Of a DNA stretch of 56,079 nt, positions 34,091 through 43,602 are shown piece by piece. The notes under the pieces are model-generated. The model worked only from the letters and a program-made list of their open reading frames with translations. It was not told the DNA's origin and searched no databases. Both the position numbers and the translations under genes were made by a program. The DNA is from Bacteriovoracaceae bacterium (GTDB lineage Bacteria; Bdellovibrionota; UBA2394), in contig JBEIHI010000001.1 of the NCBI GenBank assembly GCA_040381435.1, forward strand, positions 1 through 56,079. The letters run 5' to 3'. The stretch's first letter is position 1; each line of letters starts with the position of its first letter.

Positions 34091-34100
34091 ACCTTCCCCC

Positions 34101-35681
34101 TCACGCTGCAGACGAAGAAATCATTCGGCCTTCCGTCTTCGGCCCATCTCGATAAAGTTCAAACCAAAACAAACTGCCTCGACCTTCTTCAGACTCAACA
34201 CCAATTTCTCCACCGTGCGCCTTCACCATCTGGAAGACGAGCGGCAACCCAAGACCTGTACCTTCGGGCTTGGTTGTAAAGAATGGATCGAAGATCTTTC
34301 CACGAACGGATTCGGGAATCCCCAAACCACGATCGGAAACCTCAAAGCGAATTCGAGCACCGTCGAATGGATTGAGCTCTCGCGCAGAGATCTTCACCTC
34401 ACCACCTTCAGGCGAGGCCTGAGCGGCATTCAGAATCAGATTCCACAAAATCTGAGAAAGCTGGAGAGGATCACAGCGGCACTCCAGTCGCTCTGCAATA
34501 TCGAGCTGATACTTTACCTTTTTACCGACTCGATTTTGAATAACTTCTATCATCTCGAGGCAGTGTTTTCTCAAACTGACAGCCTCTGGCCTTAGCTCCG
34601 AGGGCTTGGCATACATTAAAAAGTTTTTGAGTAGCCCATCCAATCGATCGGTCTCGCGAAGCACAATCTGCATGAGCTTCTCACTGGCACTTTCCTGAGG
34701 CATCTCCGCTCTCAGCATTTGAACGGAACCACTGAGACTTGCGAGAGGATTTCGAATCTCATGGGCAATTCCTGCAGCCAGTTGCCCAACAGAGGCCAGC
34801 TTGTCGTTAACCTTCATGCGGGATTCCATTTCCCGCATATCAGTCACATCCTGGAAGATCACCAACCAGCCCTGCATATCGGGCAGCTCAACTCGTTGAT
34901 GGCCGATGGATCGACTTTCTCCTCGAATCTCCATTCGGCTCTCTGATCGATCAGCTCGATTAAAGAGCTCGGCAAAGGGACCAACAGCAAGTGATTTTCC
35001 AATGAGGTTTTGCCCTAAGATGGTCTCCGCCATTCGATTCATCAGGATCACTCGACCCTCTCGATCGATTGAGAGAATTCCCGAGGGGCTGTAGTTGATG
35101 ATGGCAGCATGAAGACTTGAAAGATCTTTCAAAGCAGATTCCGTTTGATCGAGACTTTTTCGCATTCGCTCACGATTTCGAGCGAAGTAAGCCAAACAAC
35201 CCCCCAAAAACAAAATGCAAGACTGAACAAAAATCAGCGGTGGCAGCGCCTTGGTATTGAGGATGTCATTTAAGTGCTGGCCGTCAACGGCAAGATAGGT
35301 CACCAGGCACGCCGAAATCAGGGATGAAACCACAGCACCTCGAGAGCCGATTACGACCGAAGCAAAAACAATCTGAATGAAAAAAAGCGCCAATGAGATC
35401 GACATGACCGCATTCATTCCGTGCATCAAGTACGCAGCTGCTCCAAGATCCCAGATCACCTGAGTCCAAATCACACCAGGCAGCCAGCGCTTATTGAGGA
35501 GCCGGGAAAGGATTCCCGAAATCACCGAGAACCCCAGCCCGATCAAGCAAAGCTCGATGACTTGAGCCGCAGGATTTTCCTGGTAGAAAAACCACAGCAC
35601 TGCCGTTGAGCCCATCATCATGACCAAGAAGGCTATGCGGAAGAGAACGAGCGCTCGAATTTGTGATCGAGAATCCATCAT
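34101..35681 (-). CDS. pilS: Sensor histidine kinase PilS (multi-TM, PAS, HisKA, HATPase)
   Basis: H-box AAGIAHEIRNPLASL, G-boxes DRGLGI and GTGLGL, and N-terminal polytopic membrane segments. Confidence 0.85.
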   Translation of the reverse strand: MMDSRSQIRALVLFRIAFLVMMMGSTAVLWFFYQENPAAQVIELCLIGLGFSVISGILSRLLNKRWLPGVIWTQVIWDLGAAAYLMHGMNAVMSISLALFFIQIVFASVVIGSRGAVVSSLISACLVTYLAVDGQHLNDILNTKALPPLIFVQSCILFLGGCLAYFARNRERMRKSLDQTESALKDLSSLHAAIINYSPSGILSIDREGRVILMNRMAETILGQNLIGKSLAVGPFAELFNRADRSESRMEIRGESRSIGHQRVELPDMQGWLVIFQDVTDMREMESRMKVNDKLASVGQLAAGIAHEIRNPLASLSGSVQMLRAEMPQESASEKLMQIVLRETDRLDGLLKNFLMYAKPSELRPEAVSLRKHCLEMIEVIQNRVGKKVKYQLDIAERLECRCDPLQLSQILWNLILNAAQASPEGGEVKISARELNPFDGARIRFEVSDRGLGIPESVRGKIFDPFFTTKPEGTGLGLPLVFQMVKAHGGEIGVESEEGRGSLFWFELYRDGPKTEGRMISSSAA

Positions 35682-36899
35682 TTATCCCGCCTTGATACTT
35701 GAAGCCATTTCGAAGATCGGTAGATACATCGAAACAACAAGTCCCCCAATGATTCCCCCCAAGATGACCATCATCGCGGGCTCCATGAGACTCGTAAGTC
35801 CTTTCACTGCTGCATCGACTTCATCGTCATAAAAATCCGCGATTTTTCCGAGCATCGAGTCCAAAGCTCCCGTCTGCTCTCCCACATTAATCATCTGACA
35901 AACCATGGGAGGAAAGACCTGAGCTTGCATAATGGGTTCAGCAACGGTTTTACCCTCAGAGATGCTTGCTCGTGCTTTGTAGATCGCCTTTTCAACGGTT
36001 TTGTTACCAGCAGCTCGAGCGGTGATATCAAGGGCCTCCAAAATGGGAACACCTGATGAAATCATTGTTCCCAAGGTTCGCGTAAATCGAGCGACCGCCA
36101 CCTTCTGAATCAGGGGGCCAAAGATCGGCAGCTTCAGAAAAATATCGTCTGTGATCTCAAGGGTACGAGGATTTTTTCGAATCCACTGCCAGAGAAAGAC
36201 CAATCCAATTCCCGCAAGAATCAAAAATCCAATATTGCTTTGAGTCCACTTACTCAGATTGATGACAACTTGAGTCGGAGCCGGAAGAGCACTGCCACCA
36301 AATTCCTTAAACATCTTCTCGAAAATCGGAATAACCCACACAAGAAGCACCGTCACAACCGCAATCGCAACTGCCATAATGGCAATTGGATAGACCATCG
36401 CGGACTTTACTTGACCTCGAAGTTTCTGAACCTTTTCCAAGTAGGTAGCGAGCCGCATGAGGATCACATCCAAAATACCTCCCACTTCTCCTGCAGCGAC
36501 AAGGTTTACGTACAACGAATCAAAAATCTTCGGATGTCGGCGCAAAGCATCCGCAAAGGTACTTCCACCCTCCACATCAGCCTGAACCGCCTTGATGGTG
36601 GTTTTAAAGGCTACATTTGGTGTTTGATTTCCAAGAATCTCAAGACACTGGACAAGGGGCAAACCCGCATCAATCATCGTCGAAAACTGTCGAGAAAAAA
36701 CTACGAGATCTTTGAGTCCGACACCGCCACCAAAGCTGAGATTAAAACCTCCGGTTCCCGCTTTGACCTCTTTGAGCTTTCTAGGTCGAATTTGCTGAGA
36801 CCGAAGGAATTGAAGCACAGCTGCTTCATTAGCAGCTTCTTTAGTTCCCGCTTTCACCTGCCCATTTCGAGCAACACCTTCCCATTTAAAGACTGCCAT
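35682..36899 (-). CDS. pilC: Type IV pilus platform protein PilC (GspF family)
   Basis: 405 aa. Duplicated GspF domains (FSRQFSTMIDAGLPL..., FTRTLGTMISSGVPIL...). Confidence 0.92.
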   Translation of the reverse strand: MAVFKWEGVARNGQVKAGTKEAANEAAVLQFLRSQQIRPRKLKEVKAGTGGFNLSFGGGVGLKDLVVFSRQFSTMIDAGLPLVQCLEILGNQTPNVAFKTTIKAVQADVEGGSTFADALRRHPKIFDSLYVNLVAAGEVGGILDVILMRLATYLEKVQKLRGQVKSAMVYPIAIMAVAIAVVTVLLVWVIPIFEKMFKEFGGSALPAPTQVVINLSKWTQSNIGFLILAGIGLVFLWQWIRKNPRTLEITDDIFLKLPIFGPLIQKVAVARFTRTLGTMISSGVPILEALDITARAAGNKTVEKAIYKARASISEGKTVAEPIMQAQVFPPMVCQMINVGEQTGALDSMLGKIADFYDDEVDAAVKGLTSLMEPAMMVILGGIIGGLVVSMYLPIFEMASSIKAG

Positions 36900-36910
36900 A
36901 CTCTACCTCG

Positions 36911-38080
36911 TTATCTCTTTCTCTGATCGAGTCCGCCTCTTGATCGATCGTCTAGTGCACCCGACGCATTAGACGCTGAAGTAATCATATTTCTCAGCTC
37001 TTCCGGATCACTGCTGGCCATAATGCAATCATCTAACGAACAAACTCTCTTGAGATAGAGGCTCGCCAGCGATTGATTCATCGTGATCATTCCATGCTTT
37101 CCCTGTCCCGCCTGCATCTGCGAATAGATTTGATGCACCTTATCTTCTCGAATCAGATTGCGAATCGCTGGGTTGGGAATCATGACTTCAGCCGCCAGAG
37201 CACGCCCCACACCACTCGCCTTAGGAAGCAACTGCTGAGCAACGACACCCTCAAGGACAAACGATAGCTGAGCCCGAATCTGAGGTTGTTGATGCGGCGG
37301 AAATACATCAATGATCCTGTTAATCGACTGGACGGCTGAGTTGGTATGTAGAGTCGCAAAACACAAATGTCCCGTCTCAGCAATCGTCAAGGCAGCTTCA
37401 ATCGTCTCGAGATCTCGTAGCTCTCCCAGCAGAACCACATCTGGATCCTGACGAAGAATATACTTCACGGCCTTACTGAAACTCTCTGTATCCGAGTGCA
37501 CCTCTCGCTGATTGATGATGCAGCTCTTGTGTGGATGTAAGAATTCAATGGGATCCTCGATCGTCAGAATGTGCTGACTAGTTTCGCGATTGATTTTGTC
37601 GATCATGGCCGCAAGAGACGTTGACTTACCAGACCCCGTAGGTCCCGTGACTAGAACCAGACCTCTTGGTCGATCAGCCAGCTCTCCCACAACAGGGGGA
37701 AGACCTAAATCAGGAAGGGATGAGATCTTGAATGGAATCTGCCGAAATGTCCCAGAGACGACACCTCGCTGAACGAAGAGGTTGGCACGGAAACGGGAAA
37801 GATTTTTTACGCCAAACGAGAGATCGAGTTCATTGTCCTCTTCAAATCGCGCCTTTTGCGCATCCGTCAAAACACTGTAGCAAATCTTTCGGCAATCAGC
37901 CGGTGTCAGAGGAGGAAACTTCATCGGGATGAGCTTTCCATCGACTCGAATCACGGGAGGAGTTGCTGCTGTGATATGCAAATCACTCGCGCCTTTCTCT
38001 AACATCGTCTTCAGAAGCTGATGCAATGAAAGGCCGGAGCCATCATTGCCAGGATTTAACGGATCATTGCTCTCACTCAT
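36911..38080 (-). CDS. pilT: Twitching-motility retraction ATPase PilT
   Basis: GASDLHI, Walker A GPTGSGKST, the AIRNLIRE motif and His box LGELRD...TGH. Confidence 0.92.
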   Translation of the reverse strand: MSESNDPLNPGNDGSGLSLHQLLKTMLEKGASDLHITAATPPVIRVDGKLIPMKFPPLTPADCRKICYSVLTDAQKARFEEDNELDLSFGVKNLSRFRANLFVQRGVVSGTFRQIPFKISSLPDLGLPPVVGELADRPRGLVLVTGPTGSGKSTSLAAMIDKINRETSQHILTIEDPIEFLHPHKSCIINQREVHSDTESFSKAVKYILRQDPDVVLLGELRDLETIEAALTIAETGHLCFATLHTNSAVQSINRIIDVFPPHQQPQIRAQLSFVLEGVVAQQLLPKASGVGRALAAEVMIPNPAIRNLIREDKVHQIYSQMQAGQGKHGMITMNQSLASLYLKRVCSLDDCIMASSDPEELRNMITSASNASGALDDRSRGGLDQRKR

Positions 38081-38092
38081 ACATCCTCTTCA

Positions 38093-39808
38093 TTAGTTGG
38101 AGTCGCTCGCTGTCACACGAACAGCTTCCTCGATGGTCGTCACACCTTCTTTAATCTTATGGATGGCGCTCATCCTCAGCGTCTGCATTCCCAAGCGAAT
38201 CGCTTCGCGTTTAAGCTCAGCAGTACTGGCGCCGTTCAAGACAAACTCTTTGAGCTCATCCTTCATCACCATGACTTCGTAAAGAGCGACTCGGCCCTTG
38301 TAACCCGTATTTGAACAATGCGTGCATCCTCGACCCTGACGCACCTTCATGCCATTCGCCAAATCCGGAGGAACTCCGATGTCTAGGAGGCTTTGGACGG
38401 GAACTTTCACCTCGTATGAACACTCTCCACAGATTCGTCGAGCAAGTCGCTGAGCGACAATCGAGTTGAGAGCGGATGCGACGAGAAAAGGCTCGACCCC
38501 CATATTGAGCAATCGGCTTACGGTACTTGGTGCATCATTCGTATGCAGAGTGCTCAAGACCAAGTGACCTGTGAGCGCCGCCTTAATGGCGATCTCAGCT
38601 GTTTCAAAGTCTCGAATCTCCCCAACCATGATAATGTCTGGATCCTGACGCAGAAAGGATCGAAGCGCGGCTGCAAAGTTCAATCCGATATCTTCGTGCA
38701 TCTGAACCTGATTGATCCCCATCAAGTTAAATTCGACAGGGTCTTCAGCGGTCGAGATATTTTCCGAAATCTGATTAAGCTCTGATAGCGCCGAGTACAA
38801 AGTCGTCGTCTTTCCTGATCCGGTAGGACCCGTAACCAAAACCATTCCGAAAGGCTGATGAATTGACTTCTTGAAATCACCCAGTTGACGCTCTTCAAAT
38901 CCAAGCTTGGTCATATCCAACTGCAAATTGCCCTTATCAAGAAGACGCAAGACCACCTTCTCACCAAAGAGAGTGGGCAAAACGGAAACCCGAAAATCCA
39001 TTTCCTTGCCCTTGCCGTACTTCATTTTGATACGACCATCTTGCGGCAGTCGGCGCTCAGCGATATCGAGCTGAGCCATAATCTTGATCCGCGAGACGAT
39101 AGAGCTCTTGAGCTTCACAGGCGGCTTCATCTGTTCTTGCAAAACGCCGTCTATTCGATAGCGAATTCGCAGCTCTTTTTCATAGGGCTCCACATGAATA
39201 TCAGACGCGTTCTTCTTGATCGCCTCGATGAAAATCAGGTTGACCAATTTAACAACGGGAGCTTCCTCAGACGCACTTGCAGCCTTATCAGAATCAAGAT
39301 CGTCCCCTGAGGCAACCACTTCAACTTCTTCGTCTTCAAAACCAGCAAGAACCTCGCTGAACTTAGCCTGCTCTCCGTCATAGTATTTCTCGATAGCGTC
39401 CTTGATGGCCTGCTCGGAAGCCACAACGACTTCCACGTTGTAGCCAGTCATGAACTTAATATCATCAATAGCAAAGATATTGCTCGGATCGCTCATGGCC
39501 AAAATCAAATTACTGCCGACTTTATTGACCGGCATGACCACATGCTTTTCAGCGACATTTTTTGGCACAAGCGAGATGATATCTTGATCGACCACAAAGG
39601 AGGTCAGATCCACAGATGGCACTCCAAATTGCTTACTTAAAAAACTGGTCAACTCCTGCTCTTGAATAAAGCCGAGCTTCGTCAGATTGTAGCTCAGCCG
39701 TCCACCATTGGTGCGCGTAGCTTCCTGCGCCTTCAACAGCTGAGACGCAGAAATCAGGTTTTCCCTGACAAGCATTTCACCTAATCGATTCGATGGAACC
39801 GGTGGCAT
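38093..39808 (-). CDS. pilB: Type IV pilus assembly ATPase PilB (GspE family)
   Basis: The N-terminal LGEMLVRENLISASQLLKAQE start is typical of PilB. Walker A GPTGSGKTTT. Zn-binding CxxC...CxxC (CGEC...CTHC). GGAGAGGA SD lies before the ATG at 39808. The upstream 108 codons of the ORF are treated as spurious. Confidence 0.92.
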   Translation of the reverse strand: MPPVPSNRLGEMLVRENLISASQLLKAQEATRTNGGRLSYNLTKLGFIQEQELTSFLSKQFGVPSVDLTSFVVDQDIISLVPKNVAEKHVVMPVNKVGSNLILAMSDPSNIFAIDDIKFMTGYNVEVVVASEQAIKDAIEKYYDGEQAKFSEVLAGFEDEEVEVVASGDDLDSDKAASASEEAPVVKLVNLIFIEAIKKNASDIHVEPYEKELRIRYRIDGVLQEQMKPPVKLKSSIVSRIKIMAQLDIAERRLPQDGRIKMKYGKGKEMDFRVSVLPTLFGEKVVLRLLDKGNLQLDMTKLGFEERQLGDFKKSIHQPFGMVLVTGPTGSGKTTTLYSALSELNQISENISTAEDPVEFNLMGINQVQMHEDIGLNFAAALRSFLRQDPDIIMVGEIRDFETAEIAIKAALTGHLVLSTLHTNDAPSTVSRLLNMGVEPFLVASALNSIVAQRLARRICGECSYEVKVPVQSLLDIGVPPDLANGMKVRQGRGCTHCSNTGYKGRVALYEVMVMKDELKEFVLNGASTAELKREAIRLGMQTLRMSAIHKIKEGVTTIEEAVRVTASDSN

Positions 39809-39995
39809 TAATCCTCTCCCCCAAAAACCCTCAGGGCCCCTTACGCCGGACATGACGCAAGCGGCCGTTACAATGAGTCTAGCATCGACTCGACACTTTG
39901 TGCCCCCCCACAGCCAAAATTTGTCTCTGCTGTAACGCAGCAGAAAATCGGCCGCTCTAAGCTGTGAAAATTTTTCTAACTTTCTGCACCAGTCG

Positions 39996-40226
39996 CTACA
40001 TCTTGCGCAACAGACGCCGCACCTTCTCATGATCAAGCTGAGCGGTCTGACTCTGTGCCGCCTGCTGAGCTCGCTCCTCCATTTGATGGACGAGTACCTC
40101 GGCTCTTTGAAGAAGCTCATCTCGATCTGCATTCACCACGGAATACACGACAAGGCTGCTGGCAGCTTTTGTCTTCTCCAAAAGCGAAAAGACTTCCGCC
40201 AAATCATAGTTGAATTTTGCTTTCAT
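39996..40226 (-). CDS. Small helical protein of unknown function (76 aa) heading the pil cluster
   Basis: AAGGAGGA SD lies 5 nt before the ATG at 40226. No family recognised. Confidence 0.5.
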   Translation of the reverse strand: MKAKFNYDLAEVFSLLEKTKAASSLVVYSVVNADRDELLQRAEVLVHQMEERAQQAAQSQTAQLDHEKVRRLLRKM

Positions 40227-40392
40227 TCGTTCCTCCTTTTGCTGTGGCGCGTCAAAATTAAGGAAAACGCCAATAGCTCGGATCCTATCGTCCTATTCCG
40301 CAATCTTTTTAATGATAATCTGCAATAGACTGCTACTGAGGGCTTAAAATGGGCAGGAGATCGAACGCGCTAAACGCGTCAAAAGACTCTGT

Positions 40393-40818
40393 CTAGAAAC
40401 CGAGAAACTGATCCAACTGAGATTTCGTCATGGGCTCCGAAGATTCCCTTCTGACTTTGCCCTTCTTATCGAGGAAAACTGCTCGAAACTCACCCGAACT
40501 GACTTTCATCCGCTTTCTCAGATCAGATCCATCTTGTGGCCTGAGCTTCATATCATCCGCTCGACCCACTTCATTTTCAAAAACATAGAACACACCGAGA
40601 GACTTCTTTCGAAACTCCTCGTATCGACCAAGAACACCTTCCAGCGTTGTCTTGAATTTTTCATCCTGTGCATTGGGCGCAAACAAAATCAGCAAACTCT
40701 TTTTGCCCTCGTATCTCTTGAGAGAGTACTCAAAGCTTCCTACCGACTTTTGCTCCGATGCCACAACGGCAGCTCCAAGAAACAGTAAGAAAAACAACAC
40801 AGACAAATACCGAAGCAT
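40393..40818 (-). CDS. DUF4174-like secreted protein
   Basis: Signal peptide MLRYLSVLFFLLFLGAAVVA. The KKSLLILFAPNAQDEKF ... FRAVFLDKKGKV pattern is that of DUF4174. The start overlaps the ribF stop (TGATG). Confidence 0.65.
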   Translation of the reverse strand: MLRYLSVLFFLLFLGAAVVASEQKSVGSFEYSLKRYEGKKSLLILFAPNAQDEKFKTTLEGVLGRYEEFRKKSLGVFYVFENEVGRADDMKLRPQDGSDLRKRMKVSSGEFRAVFLDKKGKVRRESSEPMTKSQLDQFLGF

Positions 40819-41792
40819 CAGAACTCCTCCCACAATCGACTCAAACCATCTTCCGGACGTTGCCACAAGTCCAGCTCGATGAGAGTACGCACAGAGCTTA
40901 CATCTTCACCGATCTGTCTCACCAGATTTTCTACAGAAGTGAATCGCTGCTCGGCCCGAATTCGTCTCTTAAAGTGAATTCGAACATGATGCCCATACAA
41001 ATCCGCGGAGAAATTGAGAAGATGGGCCTCAAGCGCCGGCTTGGACGCTGAAAAGGTTGGCTTCATTCCATAGTTGATCGCAGCGACAGCCACCTCCCCG
41101 GTATCAACACACTCCACAAACCCTCCATAAACACCGAATGGAAGAATCAAATCCTTGCTCACTTCGACATTGGCCGTAGGAAATCCCAACTGAATTCCTC
41201 GGCCGTCACCATGAACAACAACTCCAGACGCGAAATAAGAATAACCCAGCAGAGCCTCAGCAACATCAACATCACCCTGAAGAAGCGTTGAGCGAATACG
41301 AGAGCTGCTAACCACCCCCCCTTCGCGCTCAATCAAATCACCGCTCTTGACCTCAAACTCCGAATATCTTCTGAGCAAATCGACATTGCCTTTAGCTTCA
41401 AAGCCGAATCGAAAATTAGCACCAACCATGATCATCTTGGCCTTCAGCGCATGAATCAAAACGTCTTCGACAAAAGCTTCTGCCGTCATTTGTGAAAATG
41501 GTCGATCGAATTGCTGTAGAAGAGTCAGATCAAACGGCATAGCCTGAATGAGATCCGATTTCTCCTGATTCGATAGGATGAGACGTAGGTTTCGATTTTG
41601 GTTGAGCACATGAGCTGGATGTGGATCGAAGGTCATCAAGCACGACATGATTTGCTGGCGCTTTGCATACAGGAAAGTCTCGCGAATGATGCTTTGATGC
41701 CCGCGATGCATCCCATCAAAATTCCCGAGACAGACCACTGACGCATCGACGCCCCGAACAAGGCGGTAATCATTCCACACTGTGCTCATCAC
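40818..41792 (-). CDS. ribF: Bifunctional riboflavin kinase / FMN adenylyltransferase
   Basis: GNFDGMHRGH nucleotidyltransferase motif, and the C-terminal kinase segment GRGIQLGFPTAN ... PALEAHLL. Confidence 0.92.
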   Translation of the reverse strand: MMSTVWNDYRLVRGVDASVVCLGNFDGMHRGHQSIIRETFLYAKRQQIMSCLMTFDPHPAHVLNQNRNLRLILSNQEKSDLIQAMPFDLTLLQQFDRPFSQMTAEAFVEDVLIHALKAKMIMVGANFRFGFEAKGNVDLLRRYSEFEVKSGDLIEREGGVVSSSRIRSTLLQGDVDVAEALLGYSYFASGVVVHGDGRGIQLGFPTANVEVSKDLILPFGVYGGFVECVDTGEVAVAAINYGMKPTFSASKPALEAHLLNFSADLYGHHVRIHFKRRIRAEQRFTSVENLVRQIGEDVSSVRTLIELDLWQRPEDGLSRLWEEF

Positions 41793-41832
41793 TTATGTTA
41801 TTGTAAAAAAAGGAGATTCTGTCCATCAACCC

Positions 41833-43602
41833 ATGGAGCGAACGCCAACATTTCAGGTCCAAAGCTTTGGGAACTACTTTCTCCTTGAGCGAATTGCCGT
41901 GGGAGGTATGGCTGAGATTTTCAAGGCCAAACAAGTCGGCGTGCGCGGATTTGAGAAGATTCTCGTCATCAAAAAAATCCTTCAGCACTTGAGCGAGGAT
42001 CCTGAATTCGTTGAGATGTTTGAAGACGAGGCCAAGCTCGCCGCTCAGCTCAACCAAGCGAACATTGTTCAAATCTATGAACTCGGAGAGATCGACGACA
42101 CACTCTACATCACGATGGAGTGCATTGATGGAAAAAATCTCCGTGATGTGACTCGAGCCGCTGCGGGAAGATCACTACATCTTGGAATCGATCAATGTAT
42201 TCATATGATTACAGAAGCCCTCAAGGGCCTCGATTATGCTCATCGAAAGACCGATTCTCAGGGCGCCCCCCTCAATATCGTGCACCGTGATATCAGCCCG
42301 CAAAACATTATCATTTCCTACGAAGGAGAGGTAAAGCTCCTCGACTTCGGCATCGCAAAAGCTGCCTCGAAAATCAGCAAGACTGAAGCGGGAGTCTTGA
42401 AGGGCAAATTCTCATACATGTCTCCCGAGCAAGCCTCAGGAAAACCAATTGACCAAACCAGTGATATCTACGCCATCGGAGTCATCCTGCATGAACTACT
42501 CACCTCAGATCGACTTTTTAGATCGAAATCGGATGTTGAGACACTCGAGAAGGTAAAAGCTGGAATTGTTGCACCTCCGTCGGAGAAGAATCCGCTAGTA
42601 CCAGCCGCACTTGATCAGATTGTCCTAAAGGCGCTTTCAAAGGATCGCGCCTCTCGCTATCAGACCGCTGGGGAGATGCTGCAAGATTTGCAAAGACTCT
42701 CCTTCGACCAGCAATTCAACATGAGCTCGCAAGAGTTATCCGCATTCATGAAAACGCTCTTTGCGGACTCCATCAAAGACGAGAAGATAAGACTGCAGGA
42801 AAGTTTAAAGCGAATACCGGCAAAACCTCAGCAAGGTATTCAAAACGCTCGCACTCACATCACTTTCAAACGAGATCAGCTTGATGCTGCCATCACCGCC
42901 AAGCCTGTTTCGAGTGACGATGCCGAAATCACAACCACAAAAGATCGAGCGATCGGCGCTTCTGCTTTTTCAACTTCTCAACGATTAACGGCTTTTAGTC
43001 TAATCATCGCGGTCATTGGGGGATTGCTCATTTGGCAGAATCACTTCAAAACCGCTCCGGAGAGCGAAACAGGCTCGCAGCATGAAGAAATCCAAGCCAA
43101 AAAGCCTGAGCCCACGCCTATTGTTCCTATACCAGTGCCACCTCCCCTGGACGAAAAGAAGGTCGAGAGCATCCTCAAGGCTCCGGGAGAAATGCCGATT
43201 GAAAGTCCGTTCGCAAGGCCAGGTCTTGAGGAAGAGAAGTCAGTGCCTATTGATAAGCCAGATGAGCCCGCTCCGAATCTCAATCTGCCAATACCGAGAC
43301 CCGTTTCATCGGCAGCAACTAAAAAGGAAAGCACTGGAAAATCAAGTCGGTCCTCCGGATCGGAAACTCGAAAGAAGGAACCCGCCAAGCTGAATGTGAC
43401 AGCACCCCCTGAAGGATTCGCGCAGCTTTACATCAACGGAGAATCATTTGGATCAGTGCCCGGTCCACGAGCACGAAACATTTCTGTTCCCTCGGGCAAG
43501 GTGAGCATTCGCTGTGAGACGCGCGAAAAAGTCTACTCAGGAAACGTTCGACTTAAGGCCAATGAAACCAGAACAATTCGCTGCCAAGATCTTAAATCTT
43601 AA
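41833..43602 (+). CDS. Hanks-type Ser/Thr protein kinase with TM segment, Pro-rich linker and C-terminal PEGA domain
   Basis: GGMAEIFKA ... VIKK (VAIK-like), HRDISPQN catalytic loop, DFG, SYMSPEQ. TM segment FSLIIAVIGGLLIW. C-terminus is APPEGFAQLYINGESFG ... VSIRC (PEGA). Confidence 0.88.
   Translation: MERTPTFQVQSFGNYFLLERIAVGGMAEIFKAKQVGVRGFEKILVIKKILQHLSEDPEFVEMFEDEAKLAAQLNQANIVQIYELGEIDDTLYITMECIDGKNLRDVTRAAAGRSLHLGIDQCIHMITEALKGLDYAHRKTDSQGAPLNIVHRDISPQNIIISYEGEVKLLDFGIAKAASKISKTEAGVLKGKFSYMSPEQASGKPIDQTSDIYAIGVILHELLTSDRLFRSKSDVETLEKVKAGIVAPPSEKNPLVPAALDQIVLKALSKDRASRYQTAGEMLQDLQRLSFDQQFNMSSQELSAFMKTLFADSIKDEKIRLQESLKRIPAKPQQGIQNARTHITFKRDQLDAAITAKPVSSDDAEITTTKDRAIGASAFSTSQRLTAFSLIIAVIGGLLIWQNHFKTAPESETGSQHEEIQAKKPEPTPIVPIPVPPPLDEKKVESILKAPGEMPIESPFARPGLEEEKSVPIDKPDEPAPNLNLPIPRPVSSAATKKESTGKSSRSSGSETRKKEPAKLNVTAPPEGFAQLYINGESFGSVPGPRARNISVPSGKVSIRCETREKVYSGNVRLKANETRTIRCQDLKS

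Noticed and set aside
36240-36926. Long antisense ORFs opposite known genes: 228 aa opposite pilC, 190 aa at 34023-34595 and 161 aa at 33167-33652 opposite pilS/pilR, 138 aa at 22484-22900 opposite glnN, and 131 aa at 17172-17567 opposite dnaE2.
   Set aside because: They lie fully inside strongly supported genes on the other strand. They have biased, low-complexity composition (Ser/Arg/Leu/His-rich), no SD and no recognisable motifs, so they are most likely shadow ORFs.
39809-40132. The ORF track extends pilB 108 codons upstream (MQIEMSFFKEPRY...), overlapping the 76-aa ORF.
   Set aside because: The extension is Cys/Arg/Trp-rich with no PilB similarity. A canonical PilB N-terminus with a GGAGAGGA SD starts at 39808.
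40247-40385. The motif GCGTCAAAA recurs three times in intergenic DNA (6761, 40250, 40373). On the minus strand this is TTTTGACGC, a -35-like TTGACG.
   Set aside because: No matching -10 element lies at 16-18 nt in any copy. Three 9-mers in 56 kb could be chance, so there is not enough evidence for a regulatory repeat.
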